From positions 1 through 45,831 of the forward strand of contig CANJXE010000002.1 of the NCBI GenBank assembly GCA_947478745.1: a DNA stretch of 45,831 nucleotides, given 5' to 3'. The stretch comes from Actinomycetota bacterium (GTDB taxonomy: Bacteria; Actinomycetota; Thermoleophilia; Gaiellales; F1-60-MAGs149). The translations under genes were made by a program, and so were the position numbers. Shown piece by piece: positions 1 to 10,056 of the stretch (position 1 is the first letter of the stretch; each line of letters begins with the position of its first letter). A model generated the notes under the pieces. The model ran no database searches. It was not told where the DNA came from and worked only from the letters and a program-made list of their open reading frames with translations.

Positions 1-95
1 CCCAGGAGGCGTTCATGCGCCGAGCGCAGGCCACGTCGATTCCCGGTGGTCAGCCGCGCCTGACGCAGCGCGAGGAGACGGCGGATCGGATCCAC
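1..95 (-). CDS. 5' end of an unidentified CDS running off the left edge (about 31 codons visible)
   Basis: GTG at 95-93 is preceded by GGAGGA (110-105) with a 9-nt spacer. The frame (VDPIRRLLALRQARLTTGNRR...) has mostly G/C at third positions. It lies 34 nt downstream of the stop of the 130-987 gene on the same strand. An alternative + strand frame ending at TAG 117-119 also has high GC3, so the call is weak. Confidence 0.3.
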   Translation of the reverse strand, partial: MDPIRRLLALRQARLTTGNRRGLRSAHERLL

Positions 96-129
96 CGCGG
101 TCGCTCCTCCGACGATTAGGCGCTAGGGA

Positions 130-987
130 CTACAGCTGGACGCGGCTGCGGACGAGCTCGCGGGCGATCGTCTGCGCATCGGCGATCGAGCCGCCGTAGC
201 GTGCAGCACCCAGCTGCAGCGCCTCGGCGCTGCCGATGCCGTTGCCGCCGACGATGACGGGGAAGCCCGCCGCGTTGAGCGCGTCGAGCGCGCCGATCAG
301 GCCTTCGCGCTCGGCCACGCAGCAGGACAGCGCGACGACATCCGCCTCCTCGCGCTGGGCCATGGCGACGATCTCCGCCTCGGGCAGGTCGGCTCCGAGG
401 AAGTGCACGTTGAAGCCCTCCGCCTGCAGCCCGGCCGCGACCATCTGGGCGGCGAGTGCGTGGCGATCGCCCAGCGCGGTCGCGACGACGGCCGTGCCCA
501 GCCGCGGGCCCGTCTTGGAGCGGGCGTTGGAGGCGCGCTCGAGCAGCGACTCGATGATGCGCGAAGCACGATGCTCATCGGCGATCGAGAGCTGCCCCTC
601 GCGCCAGAGCGCGCCGATGCGGAAGAGGACGGGTGCGAAGGCGCTGTCGCAGAGCTCGGTGACGGTGGCACCACCGCCGATCAGGCGGTCGATCTGCTGG
701 CGTGCGGCGTTCGCGTCTCCCGCCAGCAGCGACGCGTACAGCGTGTCGACCTGGCGTGGCCAGTCACGCTCGGCGCGGTTTGGAACGGCTCCCGCGACGG
801 CATCGCGGTGGCGCAGCCAGGTGTCGAGGTCCTCACGGCTGATGCGGTACGAGCCGCCGCAGAGCATCGTCGGCAGCTCGCCGCTGCGCACGCGCCGGTA
901 GAGCGTCTGGTAGTGGCACCCGACGGCGTCGGCGGCCTCCTGCAGCGTCATGAGCGTGGGTTCAGCGGCGTTCATCTTCATGCTCAT
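130..987 (-). CDS. Transcriptional regulator with an N-terminal excisionase/MerR-type HTH and a C-terminal cobalamin (B12)-binding domain
   Basis: N-terminus MTLQEAADAVGCHYQTLYRRVRSGELP is a typical excisionase-family HTH. The C-terminal half, VVATALGDRHALAAQMVAAGLQAEGFNVHFLGADLPEAEIV...DVVALSCC, matches the Rossmann-like B12-binding domain with a DxHxx(G->A) lower-ligand motif. ATG at 987. Confidence 0.8.
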   Translation of the reverse strand: MSMKMNAAEPTLMTLQEAADAVGCHYQTLYRRVRSGELPTMLCGGSYRISREDLDTWLRHRDAVAGAVPNRAERDWPRQVDTLYASLLAGDANAARQQIDRLIGGGATVTELCDSAFAPVLFRIGALWREGQLSIADEHRASRIIESLLERASNARSKTGPRLGTAVVATALGDRHALAAQMVAAGLQAEGFNVHFLGADLPEAEIVAMAQREEADVVALSCCVAEREGLIGALDALNAAGFPVIVGGNGIGSAEALQLGAARYGGSIADAQTIARELVRSRVQL

Positions 988-1008
988 CGCAGGGTTGTTC
1001 GCTCTGGC

Positions 1009-2214
1009 CTAGCGTGAATCCTCTGCCGCCGCTGTCTCCAGCGGGTTGGCATGGAGTCCCCCATGGCGCACCACGACCGTGAGCACGGCGAAGACACCGC
1101 CGCCCACGGCAAGCCACCAGGCGGTGCGGGGGCTCGCTGCGTCGGCCACCACCCCGGCGAGCGCGACGCCGCCCGAGATGCCGACCAAGAACGTCGTCGA
1201 GATCCAGGTGAAGGCCTCCGTCACGGTGCCTGCGGGCGCGAGCTCCTCGATCAGGACGTAGAAGGTCGCGATCAGCGGGGCATTGACCACGCCGGTCAGG
1301 AGCAGGAGGATGCCGAGCTGCAGCGGCGTCTGCGAGAGGAAGATGATGAGGAAGCTGACCAGGTTGAGGCCCAGCAGGATCCCCATCATCCGCTGCGTCG
1401 TTCCACCCCACGTGCGGGCCGCGTAGCCGAGGCCGCCGATCACGCTGCCGACGGCCCAGATCGACAGCAGGGCGCCGGGGCTGGCGTCGTTCTGCTCGGC
1501 GTAGGCGGGGATCGCCAGCTCGAGCACGCCCCAGGAGAAGGCGAGGCCGAGGATCGATAGCAGCACGCGACGCACGGGCCCGGCCATCAGCGGCCCGAGC
1601 AGATGGCGATTCGCGACGGGCTCGGCGCGCCAGGTGCGGCTCTGCGCGGACGTCGCGAACCAGAGCACCCCCGTCGCGCTGAAGGCCGCCATCACGACGA
1701 GCGGCACGCGCGGGCTGATGCCCTCGGCGAGCACGGCCGACAGCAGCGGGCCGAGGATCCAGATCACCTCTTGCGCGGTGGCGTCGAGCGTGAAGGCGCG
1801 CCCGATCTGCCGACGGTCGTCAATCAGCGATGCCCACGTGGCGCGCATCGCCGCGGCGAGCGGTGGCGCGGCGAAGCCGTACAGCGCGCACAGCCCGAAC
1901 AGGAGGGCGCCCTCGCCCGGCGCGGTGATGGCCAGGAGCAGGAGCGCGGTCACCTGGACCAGCATCGCCGGGAACATGATGCGTGGCTGGCCCTGTCGGT
2001 CGACGAGTCGTCCGAGCAGAGGCGCGCCCACGCAGCCCGCCACGGTTGCCGCGCCGACCGCGAGCCCCGCCGTCGCGTAGCTGCCTCCGGCATCGCGCAC
2101 GAGCAGGAAGAACGCCAGCGCTCCCATTCCGACCGGCATCCGCCCGACCACGGCCGCTGACAGAAGGCGAGGTACGGAGGGCAGGCTGAGGATGTCGGCG
2201 TAGGGATAGCGCAC
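1009..2214 (-). CDS. MFS transporter
   Basis: 401-aa polytopic protein with about 12 hydrophobic segments. It has the MFS loop motif GRLVDRQGQPR between TM2 and TM3. GTG start at 2214. Confidence 0.8.
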   Translation of the reverse strand: MRYPYADILSLPSVPRLLSAAVVGRMPVGMGALAFFLLVRDAGGSYATAGLAVGAATVAGCVGAPLLGRLVDRQGQPRIMFPAMLVQVTALLLLAITAPGEGALLFGLCALYGFAAPPLAAAMRATWASLIDDRRQIGRAFTLDATAQEVIWILGPLLSAVLAEGISPRVPLVVMAAFSATGVLWFATSAQSRTWRAEPVANRHLLGPLMAGPVRRVLLSILGLAFSWGVLELAIPAYAEQNDASPGALLSIWAVGSVIGGLGYAARTWGGTTQRMMGILLGLNLVSFLIIFLSQTPLQLGILLLLTGVVNAPLIATFYVLIEELAPAGTVTEAFTWISTTFLVGISGGVALAGVVADAASPRTAWWLAVGGGVFAVLTVVVRHGGLHANPLETAAAEDSR

Positions 2215-2266
2215 CGATTCAGTGTGTCTGGTATCGCCGTATGACCGCGCCGGGTACCGTTCAGGG

Positions 2267-2339
2267 GCGCCCGTAGCTCAGGGGATAGAGCGAGAGACTT
2301 CTAATCTCGAGGCCGCAGGTTCGAATCCTGCCGGGCGCA
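2267..2339 (+). tRNA. tRNA-Arg (anticodon TCT)
   Basis: Hand-folded cloverleaf. Acceptor GCGCCCG (2267-2273) pairs with CGGGCGC (2332-2338). D arm GCTC/GAGC. Anticodon loop CTTCTAA with TCT at 2300-2302. T arm GCAGG-TTCGAAT-CCTGC. Discriminator A at 2339. CCA is not encoded. There is one A:G mismatch at pair 27:43. Confidence 0.9.
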
Positions 2340-2348
2340 CTCCCCTTC

Positions 2349-3866
2349 TCAGCGACGCCAGTAGGCGCGCGTGACGAGCACGAAGATCGGGATGATCTCC
2401 AGACGGCCGATCCACATCAGCAGGATCATCACGATCTTGCTGTCCCAGGGGTAGGCGGCGAACGAGCCCATCGGGCCGGCCACACCGACGCCGGGACCCA
2501 CGTTGCCGATCGTCGTGGCCGCGGCAACCAGCGCATCGAAGGCGCCGATCTCGAAACCGTGCACGGTAGCGAGCAGGAGGATCAGCGCGGTCCCGACCGC
2601 GAAGGTGGCGAGGTAGAGCCCGATGAACACCGTGGCGCCCTGGATGGCGCTCTCGCGCACGGGCACGCCGGTGACGCGCACCGGGAGCACGGCCTCTGGA
2701 TGCACTGCCGTCTCGATGTCGCGACGCAGGCCGCCGAAGGCCAGGCGGACGCGGATGACCTTGATCGCGCCGCCGGTCGATCCGGCACAGCCGCCGACGA
2801 ACATGACGGCGAACAGGATGAGGAGCGCGAAGGCCGTCCAGACGGCGAAGTCCTGGGAAGCGAAGCCCGTCGTGGTCATCAGGCTGACGACCTGGAAGGT
2901 CGCCTGTCCGAAGGCGCTGATCAGCGACTTGCCGGTCGTGGTCAGCAGGCCGATGCCGACGAGGACGGAGGCGCCGGCCAGGATGCCCAGATAGACGCGG
3001 AACTCCCCGTCGCGCGGTGCCGCGCGCCAGTCACCGCGCGCGGAGCGGTACCACAGCGCGAAGTTGGCTCCGGCGATGACCATGAAGACGACCAGGATCA
3101 CCTGGCTGATCCAGCCGAACGCCTCGACGGAGCGCGGCTCCGGGGAGAACCCGCCGGTCGACATGGCCGTGAAGGTGTGGACGATCGCGTTGTAGGCGCT
3201 CATGCCCTGCCCGAGATCGAACAGCCCGACGATCCACAGCGAGAGCGCGCAGACGATGGAGATGGCGATGTATACGAGCCAGAGGCGCATTGCCGTGTCG
3301 CGGAGGCGGGGCGTCAGCTTCTCGACCTCGGGACCGGGCGCCTCGCGCTCCAGCAGGGCCTTGCCTCCCGGGCCCGTGCGCTCGAGCACGGCCAGCGCCA
3401 GCGCGATGATGCCCATGCCGCCGAGCCACTGGGTCAGGCTGCGCCAGAACAGGAGTGCCTCGCCGTGGGTCGTCAGGTCGCCGATCACGGTTGCGCCAGT
3501 GGTGGTGAAGCCGCTCATGGTCTCGAAGTAGGCGTCGATGGGGTTGCTGATGTCCCCGCCTTCGATCATGTAGGGAAGCGAGCCCAGCAGCGCGGCCGCC
3601 AGCCACGTCAGGGCTACGACGGCGAACGCCTCGCGCACGCCGACGTCGTTGGCTCGGCCCCCGCACAGCCGCTCGCCGGCGAAGCCCACGGCGAAGCCGC
3701 CGATCAGCGTGATCAGGAACGGCATGACCGACTCGCCGTAGATCAGGGCGACGATGATCGGGGCGATCAGCGTCAGGCTCAGCCACCGAATGATGCGGAA
3801 GATCAGGCTGCCGATGGCGCCGAGGTCGACGACCCTGGACTGGCGGCGCCGTGCTGTCTGGCTCAC
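2349..3866 (-). CDS. trkH: TrkH-family potassium uptake membrane subunit
   Basis: Four selectivity-filter-like repeats are present (FTTTGATV, MSTGGFSP, MTTTGFAS, IGNVGPG) in a 505-aa polytopic protein. The GTG start at 3866 overlaps the trkA stop (GTGA). Confidence 0.9.
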   Translation of the reverse strand: MSQTARRRQSRVVDLGAIGSLIFRIIRWLSLTLIAPIIVALIYGESVMPFLITLIGGFAVGFAGERLCGGRANDVGVREAFAVVALTWLAAALLGSLPYMIEGGDISNPIDAYFETMSGFTTTGATVIGDLTTHGEALLFWRSLTQWLGGMGIIALALAVLERTGPGGKALLEREAPGPEVEKLTPRLRDTAMRLWLVYIAISIVCALSLWIVGLFDLGQGMSAYNAIVHTFTAMSTGGFSPEPRSVEAFGWISQVILVVFMVIAGANFALWYRSARGDWRAAPRDGEFRVYLGILAGASVLVGIGLLTTTGKSLISAFGQATFQVVSLMTTTGFASQDFAVWTAFALLILFAVMFVGGCAGSTGGAIKVIRVRLAFGGLRRDIETAVHPEAVLPVRVTGVPVRESAIQGATVFIGLYLATFAVGTALILLLATVHGFEIGAFDALVAAATTIGNVGPGVGVAGPMGSFAAYPWDSKIVMILLMWIGRLEIIPIFVLVTRAYWRR

Positions 3867-5188
3867 AGCGCGTTCTCGAGGGCCGGCACGCGCTTGGCCT
3901 CGGCGACGATGATCGCCGAATCGCCCGCCTGCAGGCAGTCGTCGCCGCGCGGGTAGATCACGCGGTCACCACGGACGATGGCGCCGACGATGGCTCCGGC
4001 CAGCGGGCGGTCCCGGAATGGCTTGCCGATCAGGGCGCTGCTCGCCCTGACCTCCAGCTCGAGCACCTCGACGCGATCGTTCTCGAGCATGGCGAAGCCC
4101 CGCGTGCGCGGGTCGTGCGTGAAGCGCACGATCTCCTCGGCCACGACCAGGCGCTGGTTGAGGGCGTGGTCCACGCCGACGCGCTCGAAGATCGGCACGA
4201 GGTCGGGATCGCCGACGACGGCAACGGCCATGGGGACGCCAAGCGACTTCGCGAGCAGGCAGATCAGCAGATCGCGCTCATCGCGATCGGTGCAGCAGAT
4301 GACCGCGTCGGCGTGCCCGATGTGCTCGCGCTCGAGGAAGCCGGAGTCGGTGGCGTCGGCGCAGAAGACGTCGGCGCTCTCGATCTCCTCGGCGCAGAGC
4401 CGCGCGACGGCGGCGTTCGCCTCGATCATCCGCACACGGAGTCCCTGCGCGCACAGCGTGCGCGCGATGGCGCGCCCCGTGGCACCGCCGCCGACCACCA
4501 CGACCTCGCGGACGTCGTGCACGCCTGCGCGTGCGAGGCGGTGCGACCACTCGCGGGAGGCCTGAGGTGAGGCGATCAGGACGATGCGGTCGCCCTCCTC
4601 CACCACGTCGTTGCCGCCCGGGATGGTGATGTCGTCGGCGCGGATCAGGGATGCGATCACGCTCTCGGCGGGAATGTGGATCTCGGCGATGCGCTTGCCG
4701 ACGATGTTCTCCGCGGCATCCGCGTGCACCTCGAACTCCACCATCTCGGCCTTGCCGTCGGCGAACATGCTCGTCTGCAGGGCTCCCGGCAGCCCGATCG
4801 CACGCACGATCGCCTGCGCGATCTCGTTCTCCGAGGAGATCATCACGTCGACCGGCAGCTCGCCGTTGCGCCAGGCGGAGAGGTACTCCGCGCTCGAGGT
4901 TCGCACCACCACGCGTCCGTCGCAGAGGGCGCGTGCCTGCAGCGCGGCGACGATGTTGATCTCGTCGCGATCCGTGGCCACGATCGTCAGGTCGGCTTCG
5001 CGGATGCCGGCGTTGATGAGGGTCGTCCGCGAGGTGCCATTGCCCGCGATCGTCAGCACGTCGTAGCGGTTCGTCAGGGTGGCCAGCAGCTCGGGGTTGA
5101 GGTCTACGATGGTGACCTCGTGCTGCGCATGCAGCGCGGCGGCCACGCTCGTTCCGACCCGGCCAGCTCCGATCACCAGAATGCGCAT
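3863..5188 (-). CDS. trkA: TrkA potassium transport NAD-binding peripheral subunit (tandem RCK domains)
   Basis: N-terminal MRILVIGAGRVGTSVAAAL and a second Rossmann motif VVVVGGGATGRAIARTL. 441 aa. Directly upstream of trkH and translationally coupled to it. Confidence 0.9.
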   Translation of the reverse strand: MRILVIGAGRVGTSVAAALHAQHEVTIVDLNPELLATLTNRYDVLTIAGNGTSRTTLINAGIREADLTIVATDRDEINIVAALQARALCDGRVVVRTSSAEYLSAWRNGELPVDVMISSENEIAQAIVRAIGLPGALQTSMFADGKAEMVEFEVHADAAENIVGKRIAEIHIPAESVIASLIRADDITIPGGNDVVEEGDRIVLIASPQASREWSHRLARAGVHDVREVVVVGGGATGRAIARTLCAQGLRVRMIEANAAVARLCAEEIESADVFCADATDSGFLEREHIGHADAVICCTDRDERDLLICLLAKSLGVPMAVAVVGDPDLVPIFERVGVDHALNQRLVVAEEIVRFTHDPRTRGFAMLENDRVEVLELEVRASSALIGKPFRDRPLAGAIVGAIVRGDRVIYPRGDDCLQAGDSAIIVAEAKRVPALENAL

Positions 5189-5308
5189 GCGTGCACTCTA
5201 GGACCTCCGCTGCGCGGGTGCGGCTATCCTATGGCTGCTCAATGCACCGATCACCTTCAGCCACCACTCATGCCTCGCATCCGACGACCCCGGCACCGCG
5301 CTGTGTCC

Positions 5309-6253
5309 ATGTCGGCTCCCGCTGTCACGGAGCCGCGCGTCAGCATGCTCGAGTCGGACGGGCTGCGCTGGATCCAGTTGGAGTCGCCCGGCCCCGCTGA
5401 GATCGCCTGGCTCGAGGAGGAGTTCTCCTTCCACGAGCTCGACCTCGAGGACGTGCGCTCGCGGCGCCAGCGTCCCAAGGTCGATGAGTACCCCGACTAC
5501 GTCTTCGTGGTGCTCCACTTCCCGTGGTACGACAAGTCCTCGGGCCGGCTCTTCCCCGCCGAGGTCAACGCGTTCATCGGACCCAACTTCCTGATCACGA
5601 TCCCGAACGTCCCGCTCAAGCCGGTCAGCAACGTGTTCCGCCGTCTCGAGGCGAACGAGGAGGAGCGCGCCGAGTGGTTCGCCAAGGGCTCGGGCTTCCT
5701 GTTCTACGAGGTACTGGACTCGCTCTACGGCTACTGCTTCCCGATCCTCGACCAGATCGGTCGCAAGCTCGAGGAGATCGAGGATCACCTGTTCGAGCGC
5801 GACCCCGACGAGTCGATCGTCCGGATGATCTCGAACGTCAAGCAGGAGATCATCGGCTACCGCAAGATCACCAAGCCGCAGCGGCCCGTGCTGCGCCAGC
5901 TCGAGCGCGCGGGCGAGCGCTACCTCGCCAGCGAGGACCTCGACATCTACTACGACGACCTGGTCGATTCCGCCGAGCGGATCTGGGACCTCCTCGAGAA
6001 CTACAAGGAGGTCGCTGAGGCGCTGTCCGAGACGAACGAGACCGCGATCAGCCACCGCCAGAACCGCATCCTGCAGGTGCTGACGGTGTTGACCGTGGTG
6101 TTCCTGCCGGTGACCTTCGTGACGAACCTGTTCGGGATGAACGTCCCGGTGCCGTTCCAGCACACCGCACTGGCGTTCGTCGCCATCTTCGCGGTGCTGA
6201 TCGGGACCGTGGCCGTGCTGCTGGGCGTCTTCAAGTGGTTGCGCTGGGTCTGA
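5309..6253 (+). CDS. corA: CorA-family magnesium/cobalt transporter
   Basis: The C-terminal two TM helices carry the signature FGMNVP (GMN motif), after a cytoplasmic domain of about 250 aa. I chose ATG at 5309 (MSAPAV...). The long N-terminal part of ORF 4676-6253 is antisense to trkA and was discarded. Confidence 0.85.
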   Translation: MSAPAVTEPRVSMLESDGLRWIQLESPGPAEIAWLEEEFSFHELDLEDVRSRRQRPKVDEYPDYVFVVLHFPWYDKSSGRLFPAEVNAFIGPNFLITIPNVPLKPVSNVFRRLEANEEERAEWFAKGSGFLFYEVLDSLYGYCFPILDQIGRKLEEIEDHLFERDPDESIVRMISNVKQEIIGYRKITKPQRPVLRQLERAGERYLASEDLDIYYDDLVDSAERIWDLLENYKEVAEALSETNETAISHRQNRILQVLTVLTVVFLPVTFVTNLFGMNVPVPFQHTALAFVAIFAVLIGTVAVLLGVFKWLRWV

Positions 6254-6270
6254 GCGGGCCCGGTGGCCTC

Positions 6271-6293
6271 CCCATGGGGTTCTGCCCCATGGG
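6271..6293. terminator. Hairpin between convergent corA and dehydrogenase genes (possible bidirectional terminator)
   Basis: CCCATGGGG (6271-6279) and CCCCATGGG (6285-6293) are perfect reverse complements separated by the loop TTCTG. This is the only sizeable convergent intergenic gap (52 nt) in the window. There is no clear U tract. Confidence 0.45.
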
Positions 6294-6305
6294 CAGCGTC
6301 AACGC

Positions 6306-7187
6306 CTAGCGGGAGCGGATCGACGTCCGCGCGGCCTCCTCGGCCAGCCGCGTGACGGCGAGCTCGCCGGCCTGCGGGCCAAAGCGCTCCTGCGCCGCGC
6401 CGAAGCGGGCGCGGGCGGCCGCTGCGAGATCGCTGGCGTAGCCCATCTCATCCTCGATCTCCCCGATCAGGCGGAGGTCCTTGGTGCAGAGGGCGAGCGT
6501 GAACGACTCGTCGTCATCGTCGGCGAGGATGTTGCCGAGGTCGTGTCCGGCCACCCACGAGTCGCCGGCGCTGTCGCGCACGAGCGTTGCGAAGACGTCG
6601 GGATCGATGCCGCAGCGTGTGGCGAGGCTGAGGCTGTCCGACAGCGCCGTGACGTGGATGAACCACAGCATGTTGGTCAGGAGCTTGGCCGCCGTGCCCG
6701 CCGGGGCCGCGCCCATGTGGTGAATGCTCTTCGAGATCGCCTCGAGCTGCGGGCGGGCGGCGGCGAGCGCCGCGTGGGTGCAGCCGCACATGATTACCAG
6801 CGAGCCGTCGGCCGCCCCGTCAGCCGCCCCGGTCACGGGCGCATCGACGCACAGGACGCCCCGCTCGGTGGCGGCGGTCTCCAGCGCGCGGGCGCTCTCG
6901 AGGTTGACGGTCGAGAGGTTGATCAGCACGGAGCCCGGCTGCATGCGCGCCAGCAGCCCGTCGTCGCCGAAGCAGACGGTCTCGACCTCCTTGGGACCCG
7001 GCACGGAGAGCATCACGACGGTCTCGGTGACGGGACCGGGAGTGCCGGCAGTGGCGCCGGCTCCGACCAGCTCGGCGACGCGCTCCGCGCTGAGGTCGTC
7101 GACGGTCAGCGGGAAGCCGTGCTGGAGGAGGTTGCGGCACATGCCGGCGCCCATGGAGCCGAGGCCGACGAAGCGGGTGGTTGTCAT
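6306..7187 (-). CDS. NAD(P)-dependent beta-hydroxyacid dehydrogenase family (3-hydroxyisobutyrate / 6-phosphogluconate dehydrogenase-like)
   Basis: N-terminal dinucleotide fold FVGLGSMGAGMCRNL. Mid-protein VDAPVTG and AGTAAKLLTNML are typical of the family. 293 aa. Confidence 0.8.
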   Translation of the reverse strand: MTTTRFVGLGSMGAGMCRNLLQHGFPLTVDDLSAERVAELVGAGATAGTPGPVTETVVMLSVPGPKEVETVCFGDDGLLARMQPGSVLINLSTVNLESARALETAATERGVLCVDAPVTGAADGAADGSLVIMCGCTHAALAAARPQLEAISKSIHHMGAAPAGTAAKLLTNMLWFIHVTALSDSLSLATRCGIDPDVFATLVRDSAGDSWVAGHDLGNILADDDDESFTLALCTKDLRLIGEIEDEMGYASDLAAAARARFGAAQERFGPQAGELAVTRLAEEAARTSIRSR

Positions 7188-7307
7188 GGCGTCACGCTAC
7201 GACGTTGCGACTGGCGGCGTCGATCGCGTCCCACCACGTGATGAGACCGCTGACCCACGATGTGGGACGCTCCGGGAACGGCGATCGTGGCTCGCCCGCG
7301 CGGACGG

Positions 7308-9125
<1,818 letters not shown>

Positions 9126-9135
9126 AGGGTACCGG

Positions 9136-10056
9136 TCATGACGCTTCGGGCTTCGCCTTCCTCCTCGGCATCAGCCGCCCGGCCATCTGGACGCGTCGGA
9201 TCGAGGCTCCCAGCTCGGCTCCGTAGAGCAGGATGATCGCCGCGATGTAGACGAAGAAGAGGAACGCGATGATCGAGCCGATCGACCCGTAGATCAGGTC
9301 GTAGCGCGCGATCTTCTCGAGGTAGACCGTGAAGACGCGGCGGGCGACCTCGAACAGCACCCCCGCGATGATGGCGCCGGCGGCCGCGAAGCGCAGCGCC
9401 GGCCGCGGCTTCGGGAGGAACTTGTAGGCCAGCAGCATCACGACGATGCTCGACAGGAGCGACGTCAGCGGGCCGATCCACGAGCGCACGACGGCCGCGG
9501 CATCGTGGGCGAGACCCGAGGCGCCGAAGGCGTCTTGGGGGACCTGCGGCGCGAAGCCGATCAGGATGCCGATCAGGAACGACGAGAGGATCACGGTCAC
9601 GAGCACGGTCAGGAGGATCGCGTCGACGAGCTTGCCGCGCACGAACGGGCGCGTCCCGCCGTACCCCTCCCACGCCAGCTCCATGGCGCCGCGCACGCTG
9701 CCGAGCATGCCGCTGGCCGACCAGACGAGCGCGACGGCGCCGATGATGCCGATCGCCGGCAGGTTCGCGTTGGCGATGAGCAGCAGCTGGTCGATCTGAT
9801 CGCGGGCCGAGGGATCGAGCGGCAGCGTATTCATCAGCCCGTCGGCGATGGCGCTGCGCACCTCGGCGCTGCGCATGCGCGAGCCGGCAACGACGGTGAT
9901 CAGCAGGATCAGCGGGAACACGCTGAAGAGCACGTGGAAGGCGATCGCCGCGGCTGCGGTCGTGCAGCGATGGCGCTGGAAGCGGCCGATCGAATCGGAC
10001 GCCACGATCAGGAGCGCGCCGAGCGGCCATGGCAGCCGGTCGAGCTCGATCCTCAT
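9136..10056 (-). CDS. YihY/BrkB (ribonuclease BN-like) family membrane protein
   Basis: [11 protein letters not shown]...[23 protein letters not shown] is the characteristic N-terminus, followed by 6 TM segments. ATG at 10056 overlaps the murJ stop (ATGA). The 179 codons upstream in ORF 9136-10593 overlap murJ and were trimmed. Confidence 0.8.
   Translation of the reverse strand: MRIELDRLPWPLGALLIVASDSIGRFQRHRCTTAAAAIAFHVLFSVFPLILLITVVAGSRMRSAEVRSAIADGLMNTLPLDPSARDQIDQLLLIANANLPAIGIIGAVALVWSASGMLGSVRGAMELAWEGYGGTRPFVRGKLVDAILLTVLVTVILSSFLIGILIGFAPQVPQDAFGASGLAHDAAAVVRSWIGPLTSLLSSIVVMLLAYKFLPKPRPALRFAAAGAIIAGVLFEVARRVFTVYLEKIARYDLIYGSIGSIIAFLFFVYIAAIILLYGAELGASIRRVQMAGRLMPRRKAKPEAS

Noticed and set aside
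2267-2339. The A:G mismatch at anticodon-stem pair 27:43 of tRNA-Arg as a sign of a pseudo-tRNA.
   Set aside because: All other stems pair perfectly. The invariant T-loop (TTCGAAT), U33 and the purine at position 37 are present. A single mismatch at the top of the anticodon stem is tolerated in functional tRNAs.
2215-2348. Integration scar or genomic island at tRNA-Arg, and likewise downstream of tRNA-Pro at 33573 onward.
   Set aside because: There is no integrase, excisionase or transposase. I found no direct repeat of the tRNA 3' end in the window, and there is no compositional shift. The tRNA-Arg is flanked by ordinary MFS and trkH genes.
5189-5308. Possible c-di-AMP (ydaO-type) or Mg2+ (M-box) riboswitch in the divergent trkA/corA control region.
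   Set aside because: Only 120 nt is shared by two divergent promoters, which is shorter than either riboswitch class. I could not recognise their conserved cores by eye. An Rfam scan would settle it.
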